64,000 bases of DNA, taken from assembly GCA_905182715.1 (NCBI GenBank), contig CAJJCP010000028.1:12592-76591 (forward strand), read 5' to 3'. The notes beneath the pieces were generated by a model. The model was given only the letters and a program-made list of their open reading frames with translations. It searched no databases and was not told the origin of the DNA. Positions 21,199-31,096 of this stretch are shown here, piece by piece. This DNA comes from an uncultured Candidatus Poseidoniales archaeon. Its GTDB lineage: Archaea; Thermoplasmatota; Poseidoniia; Poseidoniales; Poseidoniaceae. The translations under genes were made by a program, and so were the position numbers. Within the stretch, counting starts at the first letter, position 1; each line of letters begins with the position of its first letter.

Positions 21199-21837
21199 TT
21201 ATCTCTTATGACTTCGATGAATCGATTCGTCCATTGTTTGGAGAAGGGCAGCAAGCAATTGGTCATATTCGATGGCATACCCAAGTTGAGCAAGGGAAGT
21301 TGTCGTATCGTTTTCGAGACCGCAACCGGCAAGCATCTCGACTCTTCCTTCTGGAGTGTTGTAATTAATGGTGAAACCATGGCGTGATGTCCATCGCAAG
21401 AACGATAGTCCAATGCTGGAGATTTTTTTATCATCGACCCAGACACCTTGCATTCGTTCATCCCTGTAGCCCTTGATTCCACATGTACCGAGTGCCTTAA
21501 TGATCCATTCTTCAAGAAGTGCTATAATTGCAGCAACAGAGACTTCACCTTCTAAGTCCCATTTGAAAATGGGATAGGCAACCAATTGCCCTGGGCCATG
21601 CCATGTCAAACCACCACCCCTGTCCACTGGGTGCGTGAGGTAATCTTCAGGGGGCAGGATTCCGTCGTTTCGTGCACGTGGTCCAACCGTTACAATTTCA
21701 GAATGTTCCATAATCAACATTGTATCGATTATTTCATCGTCAATTCTCTGCTTTTGCAGTTCCCTCATCAAATCAAGGGCCTCGGTATAGTCGACTAAAC
21801 CAATGAGGCGGACATCGACTTTACGTTCTCCGCTCAT
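21199..21837 (-). CDS. lipB: Lipoyl(octanoyl) transferase
   Basis: EH..VTVG, DRGGGLTWHGPGQLVAYPI, KISSIG, HGFTIN. Confidence 0.92.
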   Translation of the reverse strand: MSGERKVDVRLIGLVDYTEALDLMRELQKQRIDDEIIDTMLIMEHSEIVTVGPRARNDGILPPEDYLTHPVDRGGGLTWHGPGQLVAYPIFKWDLEGEVSVAAIIALLEEWIIKALGTCGIKGYRDERMQGVWVDDKKISSIGLSFLRWTSRHGFTINYNTPEGRVEMLAGCGLENDTTTSLAQLGYAIEYDQLLAALLQTMDESIHRSHKR

Positions 21838-21877
21838 GGTTGCTCCAAGGCGCAACATGGCATCAATTCATGCCTTG

Positions 21878-22330
21878 TCAAAATTGGCCGGTTGAACCAA
21901 AGCCACCTTGGCCACGTTCTGTTTTGCCGAGGTCTTCGACTGAAGTTTCTACAATATTGACCTGAGGGACGGGTGCAAACAAAAGTTGTGCTACCCGCTC
22001 ACCTTTAGCGACGACAAATTCTTCTCCTTCTCCAATCCAGGTTGCAAGAACCATCAATTCTCCACGATAATCAGAGTCAATGGTTCCTACGCCGTTGGGC
22101 ATTATCATTCCCTTCTTACCAAGCGAAGAGCGGCAACGGATTTGTCCTTCCCATCCTTCTGGAATGGCAACTGCTAATCCAGTTCGGATCATCGAACTTT
22201 TTCTTCGAACAACCACGGTTTCTTCAAGTGCATACAAATCCCAACCAGCAGCTTGAGGGGAGCCTTGAGTTGGCAAACGGGCCTCTTCATCAAGTCGTGC
22301 AAATTCTACAGTCAGTTGTACTCTTTCCAT
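21878..22330 (-). CDS. dut: Trimeric dUTP diphosphatase
   Basis: AAGWDL, RSSL, GTIDSDYRGE, ERVAQL, RGQGGFGSTG. Confidence 0.95.
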   Translation of the reverse strand: MERVQLTVEFARLDEEARLPTQGSPQAAGWDLYALEETVVVRRKSSMIRTGLAVAIPEGWEGQIRCRSSLGKKGMIMPNGVGTIDSDYRGELMVLATWIGEGEEFVVAKGERVAQLLFAPVPQVNIVETSVEDLGKTERGQGGFGSTGQF

Positions 22331-22810
22331 ACCTCTGTTAGGTCTGAGGGGGTTCTTGACGCTTGGCTTCACTTTTCTTGAACCAGTTTTTCCACGTTGG
22401 ATCTTATGCGAAATAAAAATAAACTGACGTGATTGAGAATACGGCAACATACATCAAAGCCTTCAAAGATTGAATCCACCATTCGTTTTCTTCGGCATCA
22501 ATGAACTCTCATATGAACTCTACTGCGGATTGAATAACTCTGGGCCATACATTCTCCAATTCTTCCCTATTACGAAAATTTGGTTGGCTTTGAGCAGTTC
22601 TTCAATTCTTGAAAAAGATTTGAAATCGTTCAATGTTCTGTATTTCTTGCTCTCCGGCTTCTTTTCTTCATTCCATCCCTCTTTCTCGCCACTTTGGAGG
22701 CTATTTGGCCTCTATTGCCTCTTTTCGGCGCAGTAATGTCGTCGAATAATCGTTCTTTTGGAGGGGGTATTACCCACATAGATAATATACCACTAGTAAA
22801 ACCACGAAGC

Positions 22811-23002
22811 GTGGCACAAGGTACAGTCAAGTGGTTTAACCAAACAAAAGGATTCGGATTTATTGAAAGAGAAGGTGGCAATGACCTCTTCGTTCACATC
22901 TCAGAAGTAGAAGGCGAAATAACAGACGGGGACACCGTCGAATTCGAAGTCGGCGAAGGTCCAAAAGGACCGAACGCTGTCGGCGTCCGTAAGGTCGAGT
23001 GA
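22811..23002 (+). CDS. cspA: Cold-shock protein (GTG start)
   Basis: [15 protein letters not shown] (RNP1), LFVHIS (RNP2), GPKGPNA. Confidence 0.95.
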   Translation: MAQGTVKWFNQTKGFGFIEREGGNDLFVHISEVEGEITDGDTVEFEVGEGPKGPNAVGVRKVE

Positions 23003-23049
23003 AATCACCTCTCGCATACTTTGATGGGCGGAAACGCTCTCCAAGGTTT

Positions 23050-23370
23050 ATGAGCGGAACTCTCTTCATCATTCAAACTACACTTCCACGTTCGTGGGAA
23101 GAATTTGAAATCGGATCATTCTCCCAACTCTTAATAGAAGCTGGCGCAGCATGCGTCCAGAGAACACAGATTCATTCAATGTACAGTTGGGCTGATACGC
23201 TCCATTCTGATTCTGAATGGTCTCTTGAAATTAAAGTGAGTTCCTCAAAAAAAGATACCGTTCTTCTGAAAATAGAAGAACTTCATCCGGATGACACCCC
23301 GCAACTCCTACATTGGGAAGTCCAAGCATCTCAAGGGTACGCTGATTGGACTCAAATAGATCGTAAATGA
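23050..23370 (+). CDS. cutA: CutA-family divalent cation tolerance protein
   Basis: AACV, SMYSW, E..LEIK, LHPDDTP, YADW. Confidence 0.85.
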   Translation: MSGTLFIIQTTLPRSWEEFEIGSFSQLLIEAGAACVQRTQIHSMYSWADTLHSDSEWSLEIKVSSSKKDTVLLKIEELHPDDTPQLLHWEVQASQGYADWTQIDRK

Positions 23371-23423
23371 CGATGTTATCATTTTTCCAGATGCTTGATT
23401 CATTGAGGGTCACTCCCTTCAGT

Positions 23424-23509
23424 TCGAGTGGAAACGCACCTCTCTCTCTGAGGATTTCAAACCCAATGGTTTTTGTAAATCAGGGGGGGCTGTTTGGAGT
23501 GGAAACGCA
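23424..23509 (+). repeat. Direct repeat TT(C/G)GAGTGGAAACGCA, two copies 71 bp apart, ORB-like
   Basis: Exact 13-mer GAGTGGAAACGCA at 23426-23438 and 23497-23509 in the cutA-nrdB intergenic region; G7 tract at 23483-23489. Confidence 0.6.
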
Positions 23510-23716
23510 ACAAAACATAGTGTACTTATTACAGCAAGAACGAGGCCTTTATACTCTGTGGGTAGATATTGCCTTTGTCGACCGCAAGGGATGTTTTTAG
23601 CAAACCAATATCACTCGCCAAATCGCTATGCTACATGGGGAGATGGGGGTGAACATTATACACTACCTCGGAGGGCAAATGAATTCCAGCAAGTGAAACA
23701 AACGGGGGTACGAGTC

Positions 23717-24763
23717 ATGGTCATCGAACAAGGAAAAAAATCAGCAAGTAATGATGGGTTTGAATTAGACCTCTCCCAGGAACATATCGAACCAATGTTA
23801 CAAGAAAATCTTGACCGCTTTGTTTTGTTCCCTATACAACATGCAGAAATCTGGGAAATGTACAAGTTGCACGCTGCCTCTTTTTGGACTGCAGAAGAAA
23901 TCGATCTTGCTGAAGACGCCAAAGATTGGAAGTCATTGAGCGATGACGAGCGCCATTTCCTCAAACACGTTCTCGCCTTCTTCGCAGCAAGCGACGGAAT
24001 TGTGAATGAGAACCTTGTAACCAATTTCGCTGATGAAGTCCAATGGGCTGAAGCACGTTGTTTCTATGGTTTCCAAATTATGATGGAAAATATCCATGCA
24101 GAGACCTATTCTCTTCTCATCGACACCTACATCACTGATGACAAAGAAAAAGATCACTTGTTTAACGCTCTAGAGACGGTCCCATCAGTGAAGAAGAAGG
24201 GCGACTGGGCTATGCGCTGGTTATCTCGTAAGCAGGGTTCCTTTGCTCAACGATTGGTCGCCTTTGCTGCTGTTGAGGGGATTTTCTTTTCCGGCTCTTT
24301 CTGTGCTATCTTTTGGCTCAAGAAGCGCGCTCTCATGCCAGGGCTCACCTTTTCGAATGAACTGATTTCTCGAGACGAAGGCCTTCACTGTGACTTCGCA
24401 TGTTTACTCCACAATCAATTGATCCGTGGAGCTGGAGAAAATATGATTCACAGAATCATTTCTGAAGCAGTGGAAATTGAAATTGAATTCGTTACTTCTG
24501 CACTGCCAGTCTCATTGATTGGGATGAATGCCGACCTCATGCAAGAATATATCCGCTTCGTTGCTGACCGATTAATGGTCTCACTCGGTGCGACTAAATT
24601 GTATAATGCTACAAACCCATTCCCTTGGATGGAAATGATCTCAATGCAAGGTAAAACGAACTTCTTCGAAAAGAGAGTTGGCGAATACCAGAAGGCTGGT
24701 GTCAAAGACGGCGGAAACCTCGGAAGCGTTCAACAACGCTTCTCAGTAGACGAAGACTTTTGA
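23717..24763 (+). CDS. nrdB: Ribonucleoside-diphosphate reductase class Ia beta subunit
   Basis: [61 protein letters not shown]-terminus. Confidence 0.96.
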   Translation: MVIEQGKKSASNDGFELDLSQEHIEPMLQENLDRFVLFPIQHAEIWEMYKLHAASFWTAEEIDLAEDAKDWKSLSDDERHFLKHVLAFFAASDGIVNENLVTNFADEVQWAEARCFYGFQIMMENIHAETYSLLIDTYITDDKEKDHLFNALETVPSVKKKGDWAMRWLSRKQGSFAQRLVAFAAVEGIFFSGSFCAIFWLKKRALMPGLTFSNELISRDEGLHCDFACLLHNQLIRGAGENMIHRIISEAVEIEIEFVTSALPVSLIGMNADLMQEYIRFVADRLMVSLGATKLYNATNPFPWMEMISMQGKTNFFEKRVGEYQKAGVKDGGNLGSVQQRFSVDEDF

Positions 24764-24823
24764 ACCGTATTGGATGAACTAAAGTTATAGCGCAATCACA
24801 CATGAATTAATGGAGGAAAAAAA

Positions 24824-27218
24824 ATGACAATGCAAGTAGTCAATAGAGAAGGCGAGCGAGAGGATGTTCGTTTCGATGCGATACACGATAAACTCAAAAC
24901 ATTAACCTACGGTCTTGATCCAAATTGGATTGACCCAGGGCATGTTACCAAATTGACCATCGAAGGACTCTATGATGGAGTTACGACCCGTGAACTCGAT
25001 CAACTCGCTGCTGAAACCGCAGCTTCTCTCGCTTCTCAACATCCGGATTATAGCCGCCTTGCAGCACGAATTTGTGTTGATGACCTCCATCGCTCAACCA
25101 AGACCGTCTTCTCAGAAGTCATTACTGATTTGCGTGAATACATTGATCCTGAATCAGGGAAGCACGCACCGCTGATTTCTGAAGAAGTCTATTCAATCAT
25201 CATGGCGAATGCAGAGGTTCTGGATAACCATATTGATTACACTCGTGATCACAATTACGACTATTTCGGATTTAAAACTCTCGAACGTTCCTACTTACTA
25301 CGCTTGTATGGCGAAATTGCTGAGCGCCCACAACACATGTTGATGCGTGTTGCAGTTGGTATTCATCACTCCAATATCACGAAGGCCCTGGAAACATACG
25401 ATTTGATGAGTCAAGGCTACTTCACTCACGCAACACCTACTCTGTTTAACTCAGGGAACCCCAACACCTCAGATGTCATCGTGTTTCTTACTCACCATGC
25501 AAGACGATTCACTTGACGGAATTTACGATACACTCAAGCAGTGTGCTTTGATTTCAAAGTCGGCTGGTGGTATTGGTCTCTCGATTCATCACATTCGTTC
25601 AAAGGGCTCTTACATTAAGGGCACTAATGGGCAGAGCAATGGTATTGTTCCAATGCTGCGTGTCTTTAACGACACAGCGCGATATGTCGACCAAGGTGGC
25701 GGCAAGCGTAAGGGCTCCATTGCCATTTACCTCGAACCTTGGCATCCCGATATCCTTGCCTTCCTCGATTTGCGAAAGAATCACGGAAAGGAAGAACTTC
25801 GTGCACGTGATCTCTTCTATGCTCTGTGGACTCCTGATTTGTTCATGGAGCGTGTTGAACAAAATGCCGACTGGTCTTTCTTCTGTCCAAATGAGTGCCC
25901 AGGACTTCAAGATGCCTATGGTGCAGAATTCAAAGAACTCTTCGAATCCTATGAAGCACAAGGATTGGCCCGAGAAACACTCCCTGCACGAGTTGTCTGG
26001 GACAAATTAGTTGAATCTCAAATTGAAACTGGAACTCCATATATGTTGTACAAGGATGCAGCAAATGAAAAGTCCAACCAAAAGAATCTGGGAACAATTC
26101 GTTCATCGAACCTTTGTACTGAAATTATGGAATACACAGCTAAAGACGAAGTTGCGGTCTGTAACCTCGCATCGATTGCCCTCAACAAATACGTAGATGT
26201 AGCAAATCAATCTTTCAATCATCAACTCTTGTATGACGTGGCTTACCACGCAACTGGGAATCTGAATCGAGTCATCGATGTCAATTACTATCCGGTTGAG
26301 GAAGCTCGTAATTCGAACATGCGCCACCGACCAATCGGTCTTGGTGTTCAAGGTCTTGCTGATACATTTGCTCTTCTAAAGTTGCCTTTCGAGAGCCCTG
26401 AAGCCCGAAAACTCAACAAAGAAATTTTCGAAACAATTTACTTCGCTGCTTGTACCGCTTCGAAGGATGGAGCCATGGTCGAAGGGCCGTACTCAACTTT
26501 CCAAGGTTCACCTGCAAGTAAGGGTGATTTGCAATTCGACCTTTGGGGAATGAATGAACACAGTGGACGATGGGACTGGACTTCTCTGAAAGCAGAGATT
26601 GTTGAGCATGGAATGCGTAATTCACTTCTTGTTGCTCCAATGCCGACTGCTTCGACTTCACAGATTCTTGGAAATAACGAATGCTTTGAAGCGTTCACAT
26701 CGAACCTCTATGTTCGTCGAACTCTTTCTGGTGAATTCATTGTATTGAACAAGCATCTTGTTCGAGATCTCATTGAATTAGGAATTTGGGGAATTGAAAT
26801 GAAAGATGAAATCCTTCGTCACAAGGGCTCAGTTCAGAACATTGCAGGAATTCCTGACCATGTCAAAGAGTTGTACAAAACAACTTGGGAAATCAAGCAA
26901 CGTCACGTCTTGGACATGTCTGCTGACCGCGGTGCATACGTTGACCAAAGTCAATCACTCAACATCCACATGGTCGATGCAAACCCGGCTAAAGTCACTT
27001 CAATGCACTTCTACGGATGGAAGCAGGGACTCAAAACTGGAATGTACTATCTCCGAACCAAGGCTGCAGCAGATGCAATTCAATTCACTGTTGAAGCAAA
27101 GAAAGCTGAAGATCAAACCGTTGGTGGATTAGCTGAGCGTGCTGAAGACATTTCAAGTCTCGAAGCCATCGCTTGTTCACTTGATACGCCTGATGACTGC
27201 CTTAGTTGCGGTTCATGA
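24824..27218 (+). CDS. nrdA: Ribonucleoside-diphosphate reductase class Ia alpha subunit with ATP cone (one +1 frameshift near 25455)
   Basis: ATP cone; [10 protein letters not shown] joins [11 protein letters not shown] after removing one base of [44 protein letters not shown]. Confidence 0.94.
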
Positions 27219-27243
27219 ATCGATTGATTGAAGTTTATAGATA

Positions 27244-27334
27244 CTCGAGGGTGTAAACCTCCACTCGGGGATTTCAAGTCCTACGGGTGAGGCCCTGAGT
27301 GCGTTTCATCACGCTTCTTTTCCTTGCTCGTAGG
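27244..27334 (+). other. Two stem-loops between convergent nrdA and lpdA (structured 3' element or terminator)
   Basis: 13-bp stem 27280-27292/27322-27334 with three G-U pairs; upstream hairpin capped by a GTAA tetraloop. Confidence 0.45.
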
Positions 27335-27348
27335 CAACTTCTCATTTC

Positions 27349-28780
27349 TTAAGCCGAATGAATCGCATGGCCAAGAGTTGCAAGAACAGCTTCATGGGTC
27401 ATTTCAGTCATGGTCGGATGTGCATGGATTGTTCCAGCAATGTCTTCGAGTAAAGCACCCATCTCAAGAGCGAGCGTCCACTCACCGACCAGCTCACTGA
27501 TGTGAGTACCGACACCTTGGATTCCAAGAATACGATGATCATCTTCCCGTGCGCATACTCGAACAAATCCAGCAGTCTTTTCTGCTTCTTGAGTGAGTGC
27601 GCGTCCGTTTGCTCCCAAGGGGAACTTTCCGATAATCACTGGGTGTCCAGCAGCCTTTGCTTCTTCGGGTGAAAGTCCAACGGATACAATCTCTGGTTCA
27701 GTGAACACAATTGCAGGAACTGCGACTGGATCGTATGCCCGCTTGTGACCGGCGATGATTTCAGCAACCATTTCTCCTTGGAAAGATGCGACGTGGGCCA
27801 ACATTTCTCCTGAATCACATACATCGCCAATTGCATAAACGCCACGCATGTTGGTTTCACAACGGTCGTTGACTTTTACAAACCCACGTTCATCCAAAGC
27901 AACGCCTGTTGGCGCCAGAGATGCTGAGTTTGGTTTTCGGCCAACCGTGACCAGTACTTTGTCGACAATGATGTTCTGCATTTTCGATTCGTCTTTTTCA
28001 TTTTTGTCAATGAAGTTGAGTTGTGTGCGACCGTCTTTTGCTTTTTCAACACCTTTTGCGAAACACACCGAGATGGGTCTTAATTTTCTGCTTCTTAATT
28101 GAAATTTCAAGCGGTCGTCGCAGTTCCTTGTCAAAGATTGGCAGGACACTGTCCATTGCTTCAACGACAGTCACTTCAGAACCGAGCATTCGGAATGTGA
28201 TCCCAAGTTCAAGCCCGATGTACCCTCCACCAACGATGGCGACGTGCTTTGGTAATTCTTCAAGCGTCAAAGCCTCACGAGAGGAAATGACGTTTTCGTC
28301 ATAAGGCATGAATGGAAGTTCAATTGGGACTGATCCATTGGCAAGAATGACATGTTCAGCTTGGATGATGGTGGCATCTTTCCCTTCACCGACTTTGACT
28401 GTTTTCGCGTCTTGGAATTCTGCCCACCCGATGATGAGTTCAGCACCTGCATTCTTGAGCAAATGTTCGACGCCTTTGTTGAGCCGAGTGACGATCCCTT
28501 CTTTCCATGAGACTAAGTTCCCCATGTTCAATTCAGCAGGCCCGGGGATTGAGATCCCCATGTGCCCATCATTTGATGCATGCTTTGCTAATTTGTGGAA
28601 TTGATGTGCGGCGTGGATCAAAGCCTTCGATGGAATACAGCCTCTGATGAGACAGGTTCCACCTGCTTTTTCACCTTCGACGATGATGGTTGACAAACCG
28701 AGTTGTCCTGCGCGAATGGCAGCAACATATCCTCCAGGGCCGGCTCCGATGACGAGAACTTGACATTTTTTAGTTTGCAT
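27349..28780 (-). CDS. lpdA: Dihydrolipoyl dehydrogenase E3 (one +1 frameshift near 28062)
   Basis: GAGPGGY, GGTCLIRGCIPSK, GGGYIGLE, HAHPT; the two ORFs join as THLGVFAKGVE. Confidence 0.94.
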
Positions 28781-28791
28781 TTTTTAGCACC

Positions 28792-30072
28792 TCACATGAA
28801 AATTGTAGCCGGATGTTCGAGGTAAGACTTCACCAACTGAACGAGGCTTGCTCCGTCATGGCCATCAACAACTCGATGGTCCCATGATGATGAAAGATTC
28901 ATCATTCGACGAATGACAATGTTGCCATCTCTGACGACTGCACGGTCCTTTGCGTTATGGACGCCAAGAATTCCAACTTCTGGTTTGTTGATGATTGGCG
29001 TTGCACCGAGGCCTCCAAGTCGTCCGAGGCTGGTGATTGTGAAGGTTGATCCTGAAAGGACATCAGCGGTTGCTTTACCATCGCGAGTTGCACTTGTGAC
29101 TCGCATCATTTCTTCAGCAGATTGCCAAATATCCATGGCTTCAACATGTTGGACAACAGGAACAAACAATCCACGGTCAGTTTGAGTTGCAATTCCAAGA
29201 TTGATCGCTTCGTGTCGGGTGACGACGTTTGAATCGTCATCATACACAGCGTTGCATTCCGGACGCTCTCCCAATGCCTTGACCAATGCTTGCATAATGA
29301 AAGGAAGATAGGTCAATTTCGGTGCACCTTCTGGTCGAGTTGCGTTGAGATGTTGACGCAATTCTTCGAGAGCGGTGACATCAACTTCTTCAAAGTAAGA
29401 GAAGTGAGGAATGGTTGTATAGGATGAAACCATGCCTTCTGCAATCTTTCTTCGCAGACCAATGACCTTGATTTCTTCGGTTCCATTTCTCTCAATACGG
29501 GCAGAAGCCCCGATTGGTCGAGCACGGCTTGCGCCACTTGCTCCACCGGCAATGTGAGCATCAAGGTCTGCATGACTGATTCTACCTGCAGGTCCGGACC
29601 CAGCGACCATGTTGAGGTCAATGTTGGCTTGACGTGCACGTTGTCGAACTGCAGGGCTTGACAATGCTTTGGTTCCTGCTGCACGTTGAACGGCGGGTGC
29701 TGCTGCAACCGGTGCTGCTTTTGGAGCAGGTGCGGTTCTGACTTTTGGTGATGCAGGTGCCGGTTCTGCTTTTGGAGCAGGTGTTGGCTCTGCTTTTGGT
29801 GCATCATCAGGTGCTGCAGCGTTTCCATCTCCCTCAACTTCGAATTCGATGCAAACAACGCCAACCGGTAGTGTGTCGCCAGCTTCACCAACGACTCGAG
29901 TTACTTTCCCATCAACAGGTGAAGGGATCTCGACGGTTGCTTTATCGGTCATCACGGAAAGAATTGGATCATCTTCTTTGACAATGTCACCAACAGCGAC
30001 CATCCATTCTACAACTTCGCCTTCGACGACTCCTTCTCCAATATCTGGCATCTTAAATGCAAATGTTCCCAT
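28792..30072 (-). CDS. bkdB: 2-oxoacid dehydrogenase E2 (dihydrolipoamide acyltransferase), branched-chain type
   Basis: Lipoyl domain TDKATVE, Pro/Ala linker, E3-binding domain SPAVRQRA, DHRVVDG. Confidence 0.9.
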   Translation of the reverse strand: MGTFAFKMPDIGEGVVEGEVVEWMVAVGDIVKEDDPILSVMTDKATVEIPSPVDGKVTRVVGEAGDTLPVGVVCIEFEVEGDGNAAAPDDAPKAEPTPAPKAEPAPASPKVRTAPAPKAAPVAAAPAVQRAAGTKALSSPAVRQRARQANIDLNMVAGSGPAGRISHADLDAHIAGGASGASRARPIGASARIERNGTEEIKVIGLRRKIAEGMVSSYTTIPHFSYFEEVDVTALEELRQHLNATRPEGAPKLTYLPFIMQALVKALGERPECNAVYDDDSNVVTRHEAINLGIATQTDRGLFVPVVQHVEAMDIWQSAEEMMRVTSATRDGKATADVLSGSTFTITSLGRLGGLGATPIINKPEVGILGVHNAKDRAVVRDGNIVIRRMMNLSSSWDHRVVDGHDGASLVQLVKSYLEHPATIFM

Positions 30073-30074
30073 AT

Positions 30075-31085
30075 TTATTCCTCCTGTGTTTTCTTTATTG
30101 CTTCAGCTATTCGTGCTGGACTTGGGATATAATCCCATTCCGTAGTGTGAGGGAAAGGTGTATCCCATCCGGTCACTCGAGTAATTGGTGCTTCTAAGTG
30201 GTAGAAGCATCGTTCTTGAATTGATGCACTCATTTCTGCACCAAATCCGCTGGTCTTTGGTGCTTCGTGAACAATCACGCAGCGACCAGTTTTCTTGATT
30301 GAATTGACGACAGTATCTCGGTCCCAAGGTACCAATGTTTGCAAATCGATCAGTTCACAATCAATTCCAGAGTCTTTGATAGCCTGTTCACACATGTGAA
30401 CCATGGTACCCCATGCAATCACAGTACAAGCACTGCCTTCTTGGACGATACGAGCTTCTTCCAAAGGAACGATGTAATGGCCTTCTGGAACTTCAGCGTC
30501 CGGATGACCACTCCATGTAGGAACGTTGTGTGGGTCGCCATAAAATGGTCCTCGGTAGCAACGCTTTGGTTCAAAGAAAATGACAGGGTCGTTGCATTCG
30601 ATCGCAGCGGTCAGTAGGCCTTTGGCGTTGTATGGAGTTGAACAGTAAACAACCTTCAAACCCGGCGTATGGGTGAATTGAGCCTCAGGTGATTGTGAAT
30701 GATGGTGGCCACCTTTGATTCCTCCACCGGCAGGTGTTCTGAATGTCAATGGTGCAGTGAACTCTCCACCGGAACGGTGTCGAACTTTGGCAATTTCATT
30801 GACAATTTGGTCATAGGCTGGGAATATATAGTCTGCAAACTGGATTTCAGCAACAGGTCGCAGGCCATTCAAGCCCATGCCCATTGCAATCGCTGCAATT
30901 CCACCTTCAGCAAGTGGGGAGTCAAAGACCCGGTGTTCTCCGAATTTCTTTTGCAAGCCGTCAGTGACTCGGAATACTCCGCCAAAGAATCCAACATCTT
31001 CTCCAAAGATGACGACGTTCTTGTCCTTCTCAAGTTGTACTTCCAAAGCGGAATTGAGTGCCTTAATCATGTTCATATCAGTCAA
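30075..31085 (-). CDS. bkdA2: 2-oxoisovalerate dehydrogenase E1 beta
   Basis: GEDVGFFGGVFRVT, EIQFADY, HHSQSPEA, RVTGWDTPFP. Confidence 0.9.
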   Translation of the reverse strand: MTDMNMIKALNSALEVQLEKDKNVVIFGEDVGFFGGVFRVTDGLQKKFGEHRVFDSPLAEGGIAAIAMGMGLNGLRPVAEIQFADYIFPAYDQIVNEIAKVRHRSGGEFTAPLTFRTPAGGGIKGGHHHSQSPEAQFTHTPGLKVVYCSTPYNAKGLLTAAIECNDPVIFFEPKRCYRGPFYGDPHNVPTWSGHPDAEVPEGHYIVPLEEARIVQEGSACTVIAWGTMVHMCEQAIKDSGIDCELIDLQTLVPWDRDTVVNSIKKTGRCVIVHEAPKTSGFGAEMSASIQERCFYHLEAPITRVTGWDTPFPHTTEWDYIPSPARIAEAIKKTQEE

Positions 31086-31096
31086 ATCATCTCACC

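Noticed and set aside
22470..22736. 88-aa hydrophobic ORF between dut and cspA
   Set aside because: TTG start, no RBS, composition follows the local T/C-rich sequence, no motif
23508..23523. NrdR box upstream of nrdB
   Set aside because: Only one partial match (CAACAAAACATAGTGT), no tandem partner, and no nrdR gene in view
24824..25516. Genuinely split nrdA or intein/intron insertion
   Set aside because: Removing a single base restores the conserved [15 protein letters not shown] with no inserted sequence; fits the window-wide +1 error pattern
25978..25989. 12-nt match (CACTCCCTGCAC) to the tRNA-Leu 3' end as an att site
   Set aside because: Lies inside intact nrdA coding sequence; a short match compatible with chance
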